The notes beneath the pieces are model-generated. The model was not told where the DNA came from and did not search any database. It saw only the letters and a program-made list of their open reading frames with translations. The position numbers were made by a program, and so were the translations under genes. This document shows positions 1 through 11,300 of a stretch of 64,000 nucleotides of DNA, piece by piece; positions within the stretch are counted from its first letter, which is position 1; the number at the start of each line of letters is the position of its first letter. Source of the stretch: Kiritimatiellia bacterium (GTDB taxonomy: Bacteria; Verrucomicrobiota; Kiritimatiellia; PWTM01); contig JAOACR010000009.1 of NCBI GenBank assembly GCA_026417735.1, forward strand, positions 353,298 to 417,297. The letters are read 5' to 3'.

Positions 1-893
1 ACATACGGCACGCCCGCCTCCACCAGCCGGCGGGCCACCAGGCACGACTGCCCGAACGTGTGGCGGCCGTAACGGTCCCGCAGCTTCGGGTCCTCTTTCG
101 AGAGGTCGAACACCGCTCTGCCTTCGCCCAGGATCAGGTTGTACGCCTGCTCGCGACACTCGCGGGAATGCGCCAGCTCGGGGTGATCGGGCGCCACACC
201 CGCCAGCGCGTTCATCTCATTCAACAAATCGCGGCGGGCCGCCTGCCGCTGGTCCGTGATCCCCCGCGCGACAACCCCCTCCACCTCAAACCGCGGCGCG
301 TTCGGATCGCCGCCGGTCGCAAACGGCTTGAACTTCGAACCCAAAAAGCCGGCCTCGGAGAACCGCCCCTGCGGCCGAGTGAGCACGACGTAGGGCGGGA
401 TCAGCCCCTTGTAGCCGGCCTGGTACCCCTTGAAAAGCGCAAACACCGCACCAATCGACGGATACGCCAGCCGCTCGCCGGGCATGTGGCCGGTCTGCAT
501 CAAATACGCGGCCGTCTCATGCCCGTTGTTGCCATGCGTCATGCTGCGAATCAACGAAAACTTGTCCGCCTGCTTCGCGAGCATCGGAAACAGATCGCTC
601 AGCAGGATGCCGTCCACGTTCGTTTTGATCGCCTTGTTGAACGTGCCGGTATAGTCATACCCGGCGTCGGGCTTCGGATCCCACGTGTCGGAATGGGACA
701 TGCCGCCCCACAAAAACACTTGGATCACCGACCGCGCCTTCGCCGGTGGTTTCGCCGCGGGTGCATCGCCGCGCGCTGCGCCCGCCAGCAGCGCGGCCGC
801 CCCTGCGCCCGTACGCCGCAGCGCCTCGCGCCGGGAAATGCCGCCGCCCCGCACAGACTCATTCACCGCGTTCGCCTTCATCGTCTTGCCCAT
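1..893 (-). CDS. DUF1501 domain-containing protein (sulfatase-like fold, Tat signal); 3-prime end truncated by window edge
   Basis: Manual reverse-strand translation from ATG at 893: MGKTMKANAVNESVRGGGISRREALRRTGAGAAALLAG...VIQVFLWGGMSHSDTWDPKP...RYGRHTFGQSCLVARRLVEAGV. Twin-arginine motif and the hallmark DUF1501 blocks are present. Absent from the ORF track because it runs off the window start. Usual partner of DUF1549/DUF1553 genes. Confidence 0.85.
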   Translation of the reverse strand, partial: MGKTMKANAVNESVRGGGISRREALRRTGAGAAALLAGAARGDAPAAKPPAKARSVIQVFLWGGMSHSDTWDPKPDAGYDYTGTFNKAIKTNVDGILLSDLFPMLAKQADKFSLIRSMTHGNNGHETAAYLMQTGHMPGERLAYPSIGAVFALFKGYQAGYKGLIPPYVVLTRPQGRFSEAGFLGSKFKPFATGGDPNAPRFEVEGVVARGITDQRQAARRDLLNEMNALAGVAPDHPELAHSRECREQAYNLILGEGRAVFDLSKEDPKLRDRYGRHTFGQSCLVARRLVEAGVPY

Positions 894-963
894 CCTGCGT
901 CCCGGCCGGCGTATAGACACGGCCGAATGACGTCATTATAACGGATTTCCGGGCCATTTCTTT

Positions 964-2562
964 TCAGTGACGGTACAAAAATTCGTCACTGTTCATCAGC
1001 GCCCAGACGACGTCGTTCCACAGCTCGCGGCCACGCACAACGCCCTTTTTCTCAAATGCTTGCAGCCGCTCTATTTCCGACGCAGTCGGCCGACGGCTCA
1101 GCGTCACCAGATACACATCCTCCGCAATATCGGCCATTTTGCGGTTGGGCTGAACAATGGCCCCCAGAACCGGGCTGGACTGAATTTTCTGCTGGATGTG
1201 GCTGGAGTTGAGCAGGTGCATCCACTGCGCCGGAATCGGACGGCTCGAGCGCTCGTTTTCCATGCCGGTGGCGCGCGCCGGCCGGCCGAAAAGCTCCAGA
1301 AACGGGCTGGTGATGCTGCCGTCGGGCAGCGCGACCGCGCTCTTGGTCTCCGGCACGAACGTGAAGGGCTCCGGAATCGGGCTGGTGTAGAGCTCCGTCG
1401 AACCGGTGACCTTGTTGATCGCGTCGATGAGCACCTCCGCATCCAACCGCCGCATCGGATAGAACGCAAACTTGCCCTCCGTCTTCGCGAGTTGCTCAGC
1501 AGTGGCAACGGAGGTGTGCTGCCAGGTCCGCGAGTTTAGGATCAACCGAAAGAGATGTTTCACATCGAATCCGGTGCGGACAAACTCCGCCCGCAGGTAC
1601 TCCAGCAGCGCCGGATTGGAGGGGGGGTTATCGGGCCGGAAATCGTCCGGCTCGTGCACAATGCCGCGCCCGAGCAACCAGCTCCATACCCGGTTGGCCA
1701 TCACCGTCGCGAACCACTGGTTCGTCGGCGTGATTAGCCAGTCTGCGAAAATCTCTCGCGGATCCCGCTCGCCGCGCAGCTCCACCTTTGTGCCGTCGGG
1801 AAACTCCGCAATTCGCGGCCCCTGTACCACCGCGGCCCCACTGGTGGCCGCGACCTTCGCGGGCAGGTCGGGATCCCAGAACACGATTTCTTCTTTCCAC
1901 TCCTTCGTGGGCTTGATCGCAAGCTCCGTGAAGAACATGCTCATCCCGGCGAGCCGGTTGCTGGGCCAGTGTTCCACCCGCGACCCCATGAACAGCAGAG
2001 CGACCGCCGTTGCCCACCCCTCCGGATTGCGGTTCTGCACCGCCCGATAAAAGTTCACCGGCCCGACGCGAAAATTGCTGCCGTTCGTCGTCAGCATTTC
2101 GCGCACAAAGCGATCGTAGGGCTTGTTCGCCCGCAGCGACTCGCGGATCCAGCGGTGAAAGGCCTGCGCGGCGTTCGGCCAGAGGTTCACGGGAAACTCG
2201 GCCTTCACACGGAGCAAATCGCTCCACTTCATCGCCCAGTAGTCCGCAAACTCCGGCCGCTCGAGCACCCGGTCGACCCAGGCCGCGCGCTTGTTTGCGT
2301 TCGTGTCGGCCAGAAACGCGGCCGCTTCCGCAGCGCTGGGCAGGATACCCGCAGCATCGAGATACAGCCGCCGAATGAAAACCGCGTCGGAACACAGCGC
2401 CGGCCGAATTCCAAGCTTCTCGAGCTCGGGGTACACGCGGCGGTCAATCTCGGTGGGCGGCGGATCGAGCGCGGGATCCTCAAAAATCGCCCGAAGGGGT
2501 GAGGGCTCATCCGCGACGGCGATGCTTGCCGCCGCCAGCAGTGGCATCCAGCGTCCGTTCAT
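964..2562 (-). CDS. DUF1549/DUF1553 (PSCyt2/PSD1) domain-containing protein
   Basis: Track ORF 964..2751 minus. Start trimmed to the internal ATG at 2562 (MNGRWMPLLAAASIAVA, signal-peptide-like). Motifs AAWVDRVLERPEFADYWAMKWSDLLRV (DUF1549-type) and NRVWSWLLGRGIVHEPDDFRPDNPPSNPALLEYLRAEF (DUF1553-type). Confidence 0.85.
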   Translation of the reverse strand: MNGRWMPLLAAASIAVADEPSPLRAIFEDPALDPPPTEIDRRVYPELEKLGIRPALCSDAVFIRRLYLDAAGILPSAAEAAAFLADTNANKRAAWVDRVLERPEFADYWAMKWSDLLRVKAEFPVNLWPNAAQAFHRWIRESLRANKPYDRFVREMLTTNGSNFRVGPVNFYRAVQNRNPEGWATAVALLFMGSRVEHWPSNRLAGMSMFFTELAIKPTKEWKEEIVFWDPDLPAKVAATSGAAVVQGPRIAEFPDGTKVELRGERDPREIFADWLITPTNQWFATVMANRVWSWLLGRGIVHEPDDFRPDNPPSNPALLEYLRAEFVRTGFDVKHLFRLILNSRTWQHTSVATAEQLAKTEGKFAFYPMRRLDAEVLIDAINKVTGSTELYTSPIPEPFTFVPETKSAVALPDGSITSPFLELFGRPARATGMENERSSRPIPAQWMHLLNSSHIQQKIQSSPVLGAIVQPNRKMADIAEDVYLVTLSRRPTASEIERLQAFEKKGVVRGRELWNDVVWALMNSDEFLYRH

Positions 2563-2833
2563 CTGGCTCCTTGGTTCACGGTCGCACCGTGATGCTCTAG
2601 AGCCTACACCGCGTCGGGGCATTGTCGAGCGCGCCGGGAGGCGGCCAGCCGTTCGCCGGCGGAGCAACAAGGATCCGGGCGTTGGAGGGCGACGCGAACC
2701 ACTCGTCCCATCCTTGGAACCGCATGGTCGACGAAGCCGACGCTTGACCAATCTCCCCTCGCACCCCTACGCTGCGTGCCGGACTATGGGGCGCCGGATT
2801 CCGGTGGCCCGCAACAACGGTTGGGGTTGTTGC

Positions 2834-3961
2834 ATGTTCAGAAGCACGATTGGGGCGGTCGTTCTCCTGGCAGCGTCCGGAACAGCGGGGTCGGTGGCAG
2901 GGGAACGTCCAGCCGTTCGGGTGTTCGCTTTCGGCAACAGCCTGACCGGTGCCACGATGCCCAAATGGCATGAGTCGCTGGGAGCCAGCGCCGGCGTTCG
3001 GTGGTTGTGCACGGCGTGGCTCGGCGCGGGTTGGCAGCTCTGGCAGCACCGCGAAGAGCTCACCTCTGGACGTTCGCTGTTCACGGCGGGCACCCAGGGG
3101 GACCTCACGATTGATGCATCGTTGCTCCAGCCCACCGCCGACCACGCCCGCCGGTTTCTCCGCGAGCAGTGGGATGCGGTCGTGCTGCAGCTCTTTGCTT
3201 CCCACGTGAGCCTCGTCACCAACCGAATGTGGGGTCGCGAGCTCGGCGGGGACCGCGACGTCGGCGACCTCGGTGCAGCAACCGACCTGATTCGCATCTT
3301 TCTCCAGCGAAACGCCACCGGCCGCGTCTTCATCTATCAGGTCTGGCCCCCTATGGACGCCGGCCGCATACCGCCACCAGAGGAACAGCCGGCGTGGGCG
3401 AGAGCGATGCAGAACCTGCGCGCGGCGGAGTTTCCCAACCGGAACGCGTTCGACTACGCGGCCCGGTGGCTGCAACCGTACGCGCCGCAACCCGGCCAGT
3501 GGACCGGCTGCGTTCACCGCACACGGGATTTCAGCATCCGCGTGTTCCGTGGTCTGCAGGAACGCTTTCCCGAACTCGCGGCCACCGGCCGGCTCCAGAT
3601 GATTCCTGCTGGAGATCTGTTCATGGAGCTCGACCGCCGGATGCGGGAGGGCCGCGTGCCGGGCGGCCGCGACATCCGCGACTTCTACACCGATGTGCAA
3701 CATCTTCGCTTCGGGCTGCCGCGCTACACCGTCGCAGCGCTGTTCTTCTGCGCGCTTTTCGACGCGCCGCCGGATCGCCTCGACTGGCGCCTGTACAACA
3801 ACCGCGACGCTTACGGTCCCGACCCTTACCACGATGGCGGCGAGATGTTCCCCATCACCGCCGAGAACGCCGCCGCCGTCCACACCGCAATTCGCGACCT
3901 GCTCGCGACCCATCCGTTTGCGGGGTGGACCGGCCGAGGTCTCACAGGAGATGGCTCATGA
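2834..3961 (+). CDS. secreted SGNH/GDSL-like hydrolase (putative carbohydrate esterase)
   Basis: Track ORF 2291..3961. Start chosen at ATG 2834 (MFRSTIGAVVLLAASGTAGSVAG, signal peptide); an ATG at 2786 is an alternative. FGNSLTG early and DVQHL late fit SGNH blocks I and V. Stop overlaps the next start as ATGA. Confidence 0.55.
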   Translation: MFRSTIGAVVLLAASGTAGSVAGERPAVRVFAFGNSLTGATMPKWHESLGASAGVRWLCTAWLGAGWQLWQHREELTSGRSLFTAGTQGDLTIDASLLQPTADHARRFLREQWDAVVLQLFASHVSLVTNRMWGRELGGDRDVGDLGAATDLIRIFLQRNATGRVFIYQVWPPMDAGRIPPPEEQPAWARAMQNLRAAEFPNRNAFDYAARWLQPYAPQPGQWTGCVHRTRDFSIRVFRGLQERFPELAATGRLQMIPAGDLFMELDRRMREGRVPGGRDIRDFYTDVQHLRFGLPRYTVAALFFCALFDAPPDRLDWRLYNNRDAYGPDPYHDGGEMFPITAENAAAVHTAIRDLLATHPFAGWTGRGLTGDGS

Positions 3962-6071
3962 TGTTCCGGCGACAATCTTCCGACACAGTTTGTTCCGCTG
4001 CGAAAATCGCGCTGGCATGCGCAATGGCGGCGCCCGCGCATGCGGCGCTGGAGGTCGTCGCGCTCGGTCGCACTTGGCGGCCGCCGCCCCAGCGGGCGAT
4101 CGTCGCACAGTCCCAATTCGACACCAGCGGCAATACCTCCGTGCGCAACCGCCGACCACCGGAATGGAAGGCAGCCGGCTACTTCCAGCGCAACCGCGAT
4201 CTCGGCCAGGTGTTCACCGCGCCGCGTGACTTCGTGCTGGAAGCCATCGTGCTGCGCACCGGTCCGGCCGACGCCGCCTTTCAGCCGGGCAGCGCCGGCG
4301 CGGCGGTGTTCGTGCAGTTCTTCGAGGTCGAGGGCCAGCCGCAGCTGGACGACAACCACACCCCCCCCGGCACACGCGCAACCCACGGCTTCTCGTCCAA
4401 CCACCGCTGCGACGACGTGATTCGGGGCGTCCGCTACCGACCGCTGAAGTTCGTACGGGGCGGCGTGATGCCCGACCTCGCGAAGGAGGGAGAGGGTGGG
4501 CGCTTGGTCTACATGCTTTGGCGACTCACCGGTGATGACCGGCTCGAGTGCCGCGCCGGGCGCCGCTACGCGTTTTTGGTCGGCTTCGAGCAGGCGGGCG
4601 AACGACGGGGATTCACCCTCGCGAACCGCAACCTTGCGGGCGATCCGGCGCCGCCGCGACTGGACGATCCCCGCGACCCTTACCCCGGCGGTTGGGCCAT
4701 CCGCCGTGAGGGCGACGGCACGCTACCACCGACGATGCGCCCCGGTCCCGCCCCACCGTCTGACCCCACGCCGCTGCTGCGCGAATCGCTGTTTCCGGAC
4801 GGCGAAGCGCGGTACGCGATCCCCCCCACCACCGACGGGTTTCCCGATGTGGACACCTACCGGGATCTGGAGTTTTCCCTGTTTGCGGCCGGCGAAAGCC
4901 CAACCACCTCCCAACGGCCCGCCGGTTCGACACTGCGCGAGCTGGCGGAACGGCTGAAATTTCATGTGAACCTCGACCGCCAGGGGGTCGCGTCCAGTCA
5001 GGTCGGTCCGGGGCGGTTCGAGCCGGCGGCGCGAATCGCTCGCGACCATTCCACCATCATGACCGCTAGCTGGGAGATGTTTCCCGCCCACTCGTGGAAA
5101 GGCGACAGCATCTATTCGATGGCACCGACCGCCACATCGACCGGTGCCGCGCAAACGGTATCCTTTTCCACGGACATGGCCTCGGGTACATGTTCCGCGA
5201 CGGCTGGAAGTTCCCAATGCTTCCTGTTGAAACCGAAGAGCAGCGCGCGCGGGCAGGGGAAACCCACGAACGTTACGTTCGTGACACCGCCGCGCGTTTG
5301 CGCGGGCGGCTCCACATGTGGGACGCCTGCCACGAACATCTGGCTCCGCTCCACCGCAGTGGCGGATGGTTGATCTGGAACCCTCGTGAGGGGCCGCGCG
5401 ACTACTGGAAGACCGACCCGATAGATCCGCGCGACGCCGAGCGCGGTCGGCGTTGGTACGAGGTGACGCTCCGCCTCGCCCACGAGGCCGATCCCGACGC
5501 GCGGCTGGTGCTGCTCAATTTCAACGACGAGATTGCTTCTCCCAAAAGCGACACGATGTTCGAGCTGTGCCGTGGGCTGCGCTACCCGGGCCGACCGCTG
5601 CACGGAGGAGGGTTTCAAATGCACATCAACACCGAGTACAAACGCCAACAGTGGAGGCGGGTCGCACTCGAGCTGGGCGCCCATTCCCGGGAGGACGACA
5701 ATGCCGACCTTCAGTACATGGACCGCAACAGCCGTCGATTTGCCTCGCTCCGCCTCGAGGTGTAAATGGCTACGATTTCCGTGCACCTGCACCCCGACCG
5801 CCCGCTGGACAATGAACCGGAACGTCAGGCCGAGGTGTACCGCCGCGCATTCGAGGTGTGTCTGCGCGAGCCCGGCGCGCGCGGCATCAAGCTCTGGGGT
5901 GTAATGGATCCGGCCCCGTCACCCCGCCGGCGGGCATCGCGTCCATCTTTGTTCGACAAGACCGGTCGAACAAAACCCGCTTTTTCGCGGTTCGTCGTGC
6001 GCTCGAGGATGAGCTGGCACGCCGACGCGCAGCGGGAATCAGATGAGCAATCGCGAGGAACTCCACCATGA
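3958..6071 (+). pseudogene. secreted protein with C-terminal GH10-like (xylanase family) domain, disrupted by a +1/-1 frameshift near 5113 and an in-frame TAA at 5763-5765
   Basis: Frame 1 from ATG 3958 (MMFRRQSSDTVCSAAKIALACAMAAPAHA, signal peptide) runs to 5373. GH10-like blocks continue in frame 3: HSTIMTASWEMF (frame 1), then FDGTDRHIDRCRANGILFHGHGLGYMF, WDACHEHL, NFNDE, GFQMHI (frame 3, ORF 5094..5765), TAA, then MATISVHL...GIKLWGVMD...SLFDKTGRTKPAF (ORF 5766..6071). Expected nucleophile position reads ISVHL rather than ITELD. Confidence 0.5.
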
Positions 6072-7897
6072 GTCGTGCACTATGGCGCAGCGCGGCGGCG
6101 GTGATCGCGGCTGGCGCCGCCGCGTATGAACCGGCAGATCCGCAGCTGATCCCGGAGGCGCGCGCGGTGCTGGAGTACTTGGTGTCCGTACACGGGCGAC
6201 GGACATTGCTGGGCATCTCCGGCTCCGACAACGCCGGCTGGTTGCGCGAAACGAGCGGGCGGTTACCCGCAATCGTCTCCTTCGATCTTTGCGGCTGGAA
6301 CAGTCCAACGTGGGGCCCGACGTACACGCCCGTCGTTGAGCGTACGATTGCGGAGGCGATGGAGTGGTGGGCGCGCGGTGGGATCGTGGCGATGCAGTTC
6401 CACTGGAAGCATCCGCAAAAACCGGAAGGTAGCGCGTGGGTCGGACCACACGGCGGCCGGCCGGCCAGCGGCACCTACGACATGGCGTCCGTCACCGTCA
6501 CCGGGACGCCCGCACACGAGGCCTTCATCCGCGACCTGGCCCGTCATGCGGACTACCTTGAACGGCTGGCAACCGCCCGCGTGCCGGTGCTCTGGCGACC
6601 ATTTCACGAGATCGACGGCGGCTGGTTTTGGTGGACCGACACTTCCGCGCCGGAGCACACCGCGGCAGCGTGGCGACTGATGTTCGAGTATCTGGTGCAC
6701 CAGCGTCGATTGCACAACCTGATCTGGGTGTGGAGCGCTGGCCTCCGCGCGGGCGGTTATGCGGATCTGCTCCGTCGCGAGAAACGCACCGGCTCGTTCG
6801 AGGAGGAAATCGCGTTTCGTCGCCGCTACTGGCCGGGCGACGCGTTCGTCGACATCGCCGGCATCGACATTTATCCGATCGAGGGCCGCCACATCTACCC
6901 CCATCAGGCCGAAGGGTACGGCCCGCCGGACCGGGACACCTATCCGGCGGCCTGGCGGATGGTCACGAACATTGCGCCGACGAAGCTCATCGCGCTGTGC
7001 GAGTGCCGAGGGCTGCTGGATCCGGCGCAGCTGGAACGGGAGGGACCCCGCTGGCTCTACGTGTTGCCCTGGTTTCCCGATCCGCCCGATTGGACGCGCC
7101 GCGTGCTCGCTCACCCCTACCTCGTCACGCTCGACCGCTTGCCGGTGCTCAACGCGGCGGCCGCACCGGACGTGAGGCTCGTCGCGCCGGCCGACGGCGC
7201 GGAGGTGCCGGCGGCCGAGTTCCCGCTCGCCGCGGAGACCCGCGCCGGCGGCGCACCGGTTGAGCAGGTTGAATTCTTCGCCCTCCCAGGGCGATGGAAA
7301 AATCTTTGGATGATGAGCGAAACGGAGAGGACCAACCTCTTCGCGAGTGCAACGATCGTCGGGGTTGTGACGACCCAGCCCTACACGGTGAACTGGCGGC
7401 CCGCGGCGCCGGGGATGTACACGCTCGGGGCGCGAGCGACCGATCGCTCCGGACGCCGGACGTTCTCCAACGGCGCACGAGTGACGGTCGGAGCGGAAAA
7501 CCTCGCACGGCGAGGCACGTGGACGGCCTCGTCCGGCGCGGCCAGCGCCGCGCGCGCGGGCGACGGTGACCTGTTCACTGCCTGGGAGGGAGACAAACGA
7601 GACGACCAGTGGCTGGCGGTGGATCTGGGTGCCGAGGTGGACGTGGGCGCGGTTGCCGTGTCGTGGTGGAAGGCCTACGCGCGCCAGTGGTCGATCGAAG
7701 TATCCACCGACGGGACCACATGGCGCGCGATGCATGCGCAGCCAAACAAGCGGGAGTTCCTCGGCCACACCGACGTTGTCCGGTTCGCGCCGGTGCGGGC
7801 GCGCCACATACGACTGAACTGCGAACGTCGCGGAACCGAGTGGGGCGGCTACACCGTGTATGAGCTCGGCGTGTACCGTGAGCTGCCCGGCAACTGA
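6068..7897 (+). CDS. GH26 family glycoside hydrolase (beta-mannanase-like) with Ig-like region and C-terminal F5/8 type C (discoidin/CBM32-like) domain
   Basis: 609 aa ORF. WRPFHEIDGGWFWWT matches the GH26 acid/base region. C-terminus GDLFTAWEG...WLAVDLGAEVDVGAVAVSWW...YTVYELGVY is discoidin-like. Start ATG 6068 overlaps the upstream stop as ATGA. Confidence 0.8.
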   Translation: MSRALWRSAAAVIAAGAAAYEPADPQLIPEARAVLEYLVSVHGRRTLLGISGSDNAGWLRETSGRLPAIVSFDLCGWNSPTWGPTYTPVVERTIAEAMEWWARGGIVAMQFHWKHPQKPEGSAWVGPHGGRPASGTYDMASVTVTGTPAHEAFIRDLARHADYLERLATARVPVLWRPFHEIDGGWFWWTDTSAPEHTAAAWRLMFEYLVHQRRLHNLIWVWSAGLRAGGYADLLRREKRTGSFEEEIAFRRRYWPGDAFVDIAGIDIYPIEGRHIYPHQAEGYGPPDRDTYPAAWRMVTNIAPTKLIALCECRGLLDPAQLEREGPRWLYVLPWFPDPPDWTRRVLAHPYLVTLDRLPVLNAAAAPDVRLVAPADGAEVPAAEFPLAAETRAGGAPVEQVEFFALPGRWKNLWMMSETERTNLFASATIVGVVTTQPYTVNWRPAAPGMYTLGARATDRSGRRTFSNGARVTVGAENLARRGTWTASSGAASAARAGDGDLFTAWEGDKRDDQWLAVDLGAEVDVGAVAVSWWKAYARQWSIEVSTDGTTWRAMHAQPNKREFLGHTDVVRFAPVRARHIRLNCERRGTEWGGYTVYELGVYRELPGN

Positions 7898-8345
7898 TCC
7901 ACATGCCGGCGACGCGGCGCAGGGGTGCCGCTTGCCGCCTCGCAAGCCGCGCAGGGGCGCGGCGCGCAGTGGCTTCACGCTCGTCGAGGCACTGGTGGCG
8001 GTGGCGATCGCCGCCGTGCTGGCGGGCGCGGCCGCCGGTGCGTTGATGCTCGTCGTTCGGCTCGACCGTCAGGCATCGCTCACCGAGGATCTTGCCCGGG
8101 CGACTCGCGCCGTTGCCACCGCTCGGCGGTGGGCGGGTTCGGCCGCCTGGTCCAATGGACAACCCGCAGGCGTTCGGGCAGAGTACCGCATAGTGCGGGA
8201 CGGCTCGGGGCCTGACACGGTGGAATGGGCGCTGTGGGAGCTCAGCTCCGTGGAGCGCCCCTCCACCCGTACGCGGCTTTGGTTGGATGGCGCAGCGCGC
8301 CGGTAAACAGACCCCGGATCCCGGTCTCCGCAACAGAGGTGCACA

Positions 8346-11300
8346 ATGAGGGGTCGGCATCGACATCTGCGCAATTGGCGTGCCCCCGCTCTGCTGTTGG
8401 TGTTGCTTGCCGGCTTCACCGGCGCAGACGATCTCGAACGCGCCTTTCGATCGCCGCCGCCGGCCACGGCGCCGTGGTGTTACTGGTACTGGATCAGCGA
8501 CAACGTTTCCACCGCCGGCCTCACGCGCGACCTCGAAGCGATGGCACGTGTGGGCATCCGCGGCGCGCTGATGGGCCACATCTTTTTGGAAGACACCGCC
8601 CGCGGTGACGTTCGGATGCTGTCGGAGGAGTGGTGGGCGGCAGTCGAACACGCCGTGCGAGAAGGAGGCCGACTCGGCGTGGAGATCGGGATGTTCAACT
8701 GTCCTGGCTGGAGCCAGTCCGGCGGGCCCTGGATCGCACCGACGCAGGCGATGCGGCGGGTCGCCTGGTCGGAACTGCGCGCGCGCGGCCCGCAGCCCAT
8801 CGAGCGCCCCCTCCCCCCTCCGCATGAACACTTTCAGGACATCGCGGTGCTCGCCTGGCCGGTCACTTCCGATTCCTCCTCGCCCCTCTGCGATCCCCTC
8901 GCCACCGTGACCGGGTCGCCATCCGTGACGAACGCAGAGCTGACCATGGACGGTCGGCTCGACACTGCGGCGATCGTGCTGCCGGGACCATCGGCGGCGA
9001 TCACCGTGACCACGGCGGTGCCGGCCGTGGTGCGCTCGCTGCAGATCCATCCCGCGCCGATGCCGTTTCGGTGCGACCTCGAGCTTCACGCTTGGCAGAG
9101 CGGCCTCGGCTGGGTTCCGCAGGCGCGCGCCGCCATCGCACGACACCACCTGCGGCCGATCGTCGGCTACTGGACCACCGGTCCGATCGCGATCGCGTGT
9201 GCCCCCGTCACTGCGACTTCGTTCCGGGTGGTGTTCAGTTCGCTCTCCGCGACCGCCGGCATCGCGGAGGTGGAGTTGCGCAGCGGGCCGGTCGTCGAGC
9301 GGTTCGTCGAGAAACAGCTCGCGAAAATGTGCCCCGACCCCGTCCCACCGTGGAGCCACTATCGATGGCGGCCGCAACCCGCCGCGGCAGAAACGGACGG
9401 CGCAGTAGACACTGCGCAGATCACCAACATTTCCGACCGGCTCGGCCCGGACGGCTGGCTGCGGTGGACTCCACCGCCGGGCGAGTGGCGGATCGTCCGC
9501 TTCGGCCTTGCGCCGACAATGGTCAGCAATCATCCCGCCGCACCGGAGGCGCGCGGGCTGGAGGTGGACAAGATGAACCGCGCGCACGCGCGGCATCACT
9601 TCCGCGCCTACGTCGGCCGGTTGCTCGAGCGGATGAGGCCGCGCGAGCGCCGCGCGCTGCGATGGATCGTCGCGGACAGCTACGAAACCGGTGCGCAGAA
9701 CTGGACGGATGGTTTCCGGGACGAATTCGTCCGACGCTATCGCTACGATCCGCTGCATTGGCTGCCGACGCTGCTCGGCGAGGTGGTCGGCACACCGGAC
9801 CGCTCGGATCGCTTTCTGTGGGACCTGCGTCGGCTCGTTGCGGACCGAATCGCAACGGAGTACGTCGGCGCGTTGCGCGATGAGTGCGCGCGGTATGGGC
9901 TGCGGCTGTGGCTGGAAAACTACGGCCACTGGGGATTCCCCTCCGAGTTTCTGTTGTACGGCCGCGAGTCCCACGAGATCGGCGGTGAATTCTGGGCACA
10001 GCCCGGCGGTACCGGCGAGGCGGAGCTGCGCGCGGCATCGTCCGCGGCGGCGGTGTACGGCCGGCGCCGGGTCTCCGCGGAGGCGTTCACCAGCATCCTG
10101 CAGTTCGAGAGCACGCCCGCCTCGCTGAAGGCGCGCGGCGACTGGGCGGTCACCCACAGCATCAACCACTGGGTGCTGCACGTCTACAACCACCAACCGT
10201 GGGACGAACGGCGGCCCGGCGTCAACGCCTGGTTCAGCACCGAGTTTAACCGGCACACACCCTGGTTCGAGCATCTGGGGCCATGGATCGATTACTGGCG
10301 ACGCATCCACGCGCTGATGCAGAGCGGCCGGCGGGTCGCCGACGTCGCGCTCTTCATCGGAGACGACGCGCCCGTGATGACCGGCCCGCGTGCGCGCGAG
10401 ATGCCGGCCGGCTTCGACTACGACTTTGTGAACGCGGACGCGCTCGCCGCTGCGCGGATCCGCGCAGGCCGCTGGACGCTGCGCTCCGGTGCAACGTACG
10501 CGCTGCTGGCTCTCCCCCCCTGGGACGCCATGCGACCGGAAACACTCGCCCGGCTGCGCGAGCTGGTGCGGGACGGTGGCGTGCTGTGGGGGCCACGCCC
10601 AGTCCGCTCACCCAGTCTGGCGGGCTGGCCAAAATGCGATGAGCAGGTCCGGCGCCTCGCGGAGGAGCTCTGGGGCCCCGAACCGCCGCCCGCGGCGGGC
10701 AGCGCGCCTCGCGCACGTACCGTCGGTCGCGGTCGGGTCATCGAGGGCGGCACGCTGGCGGAGGTGCTCACGCTTCTCGGCGTTCCGCCGGCGATCGCAA
10801 ACGCCGGCCCGTTGCTTTGGACCCATCGCACAACACCCGGCGGCGAGGTGTTCTTTGTTTGCCACGGCGGAAACGATCCGGTGATGGTGTCGCCCTGGTT
10901 CCGCGCGGGCCTGCGGCTGCCAGAAATCTGGGACCCCCTGCGCGGCACACAGCAAACCGCGGCCGTTTGGCGCGTGGAAAATGGGGGCATGCGGGTCGCG
11001 CTGCGGCTAGAGCCACGCGGCTCACGGCTGATTGTGTTTCGGCACTCACTTCCCCACCCCGCACTGGCGCTGAACGCCGTGGAGTCCGATGCTCACCGAG
11101 GGCTGACCGTCAACGCCCCCACCGGACCGGACGCACCCGCCGACTTCGCGCCGGCGTCCACCGCCGGCAACTTTACCCTCGCCGGTTGGGCACGACCGAC
11201 CGCGGCGACCGGGTTGCCCTCCGAGACCGCCACGGGAATTCATCTGCAAGTCCCGCGCAATGAGGCGGTGGTCCCGCGGCACGGTGATCACCTGTCGCCG

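Noticed and set aside
60-941. 293-aa plus-strand ORF at the window start
   Set aside because: The opposite strand encodes a DUF1501 protein with hallmark motifs; the plus-strand product is Arg-rich and featureless.
2291-2833. N-terminal extension of the track ORF 2291..3961
   Set aside because: The extension is Ser/Arg/Gly-rich and overlaps the start of the divergent DUF1553 gene. The internal ATG at 2834 gives a typical signal peptide.
7575-10310. 911-aa minus-strand ORF antisense to the GH26 gene and the giant hydrolase gene
   Set aside because: Arg/Pro/Ala-rich low-complexity translation with no recognisable motif. The opposite strand encodes well-conserved proteins, and such long antisense ORFs are expected in very GC-rich DNA.
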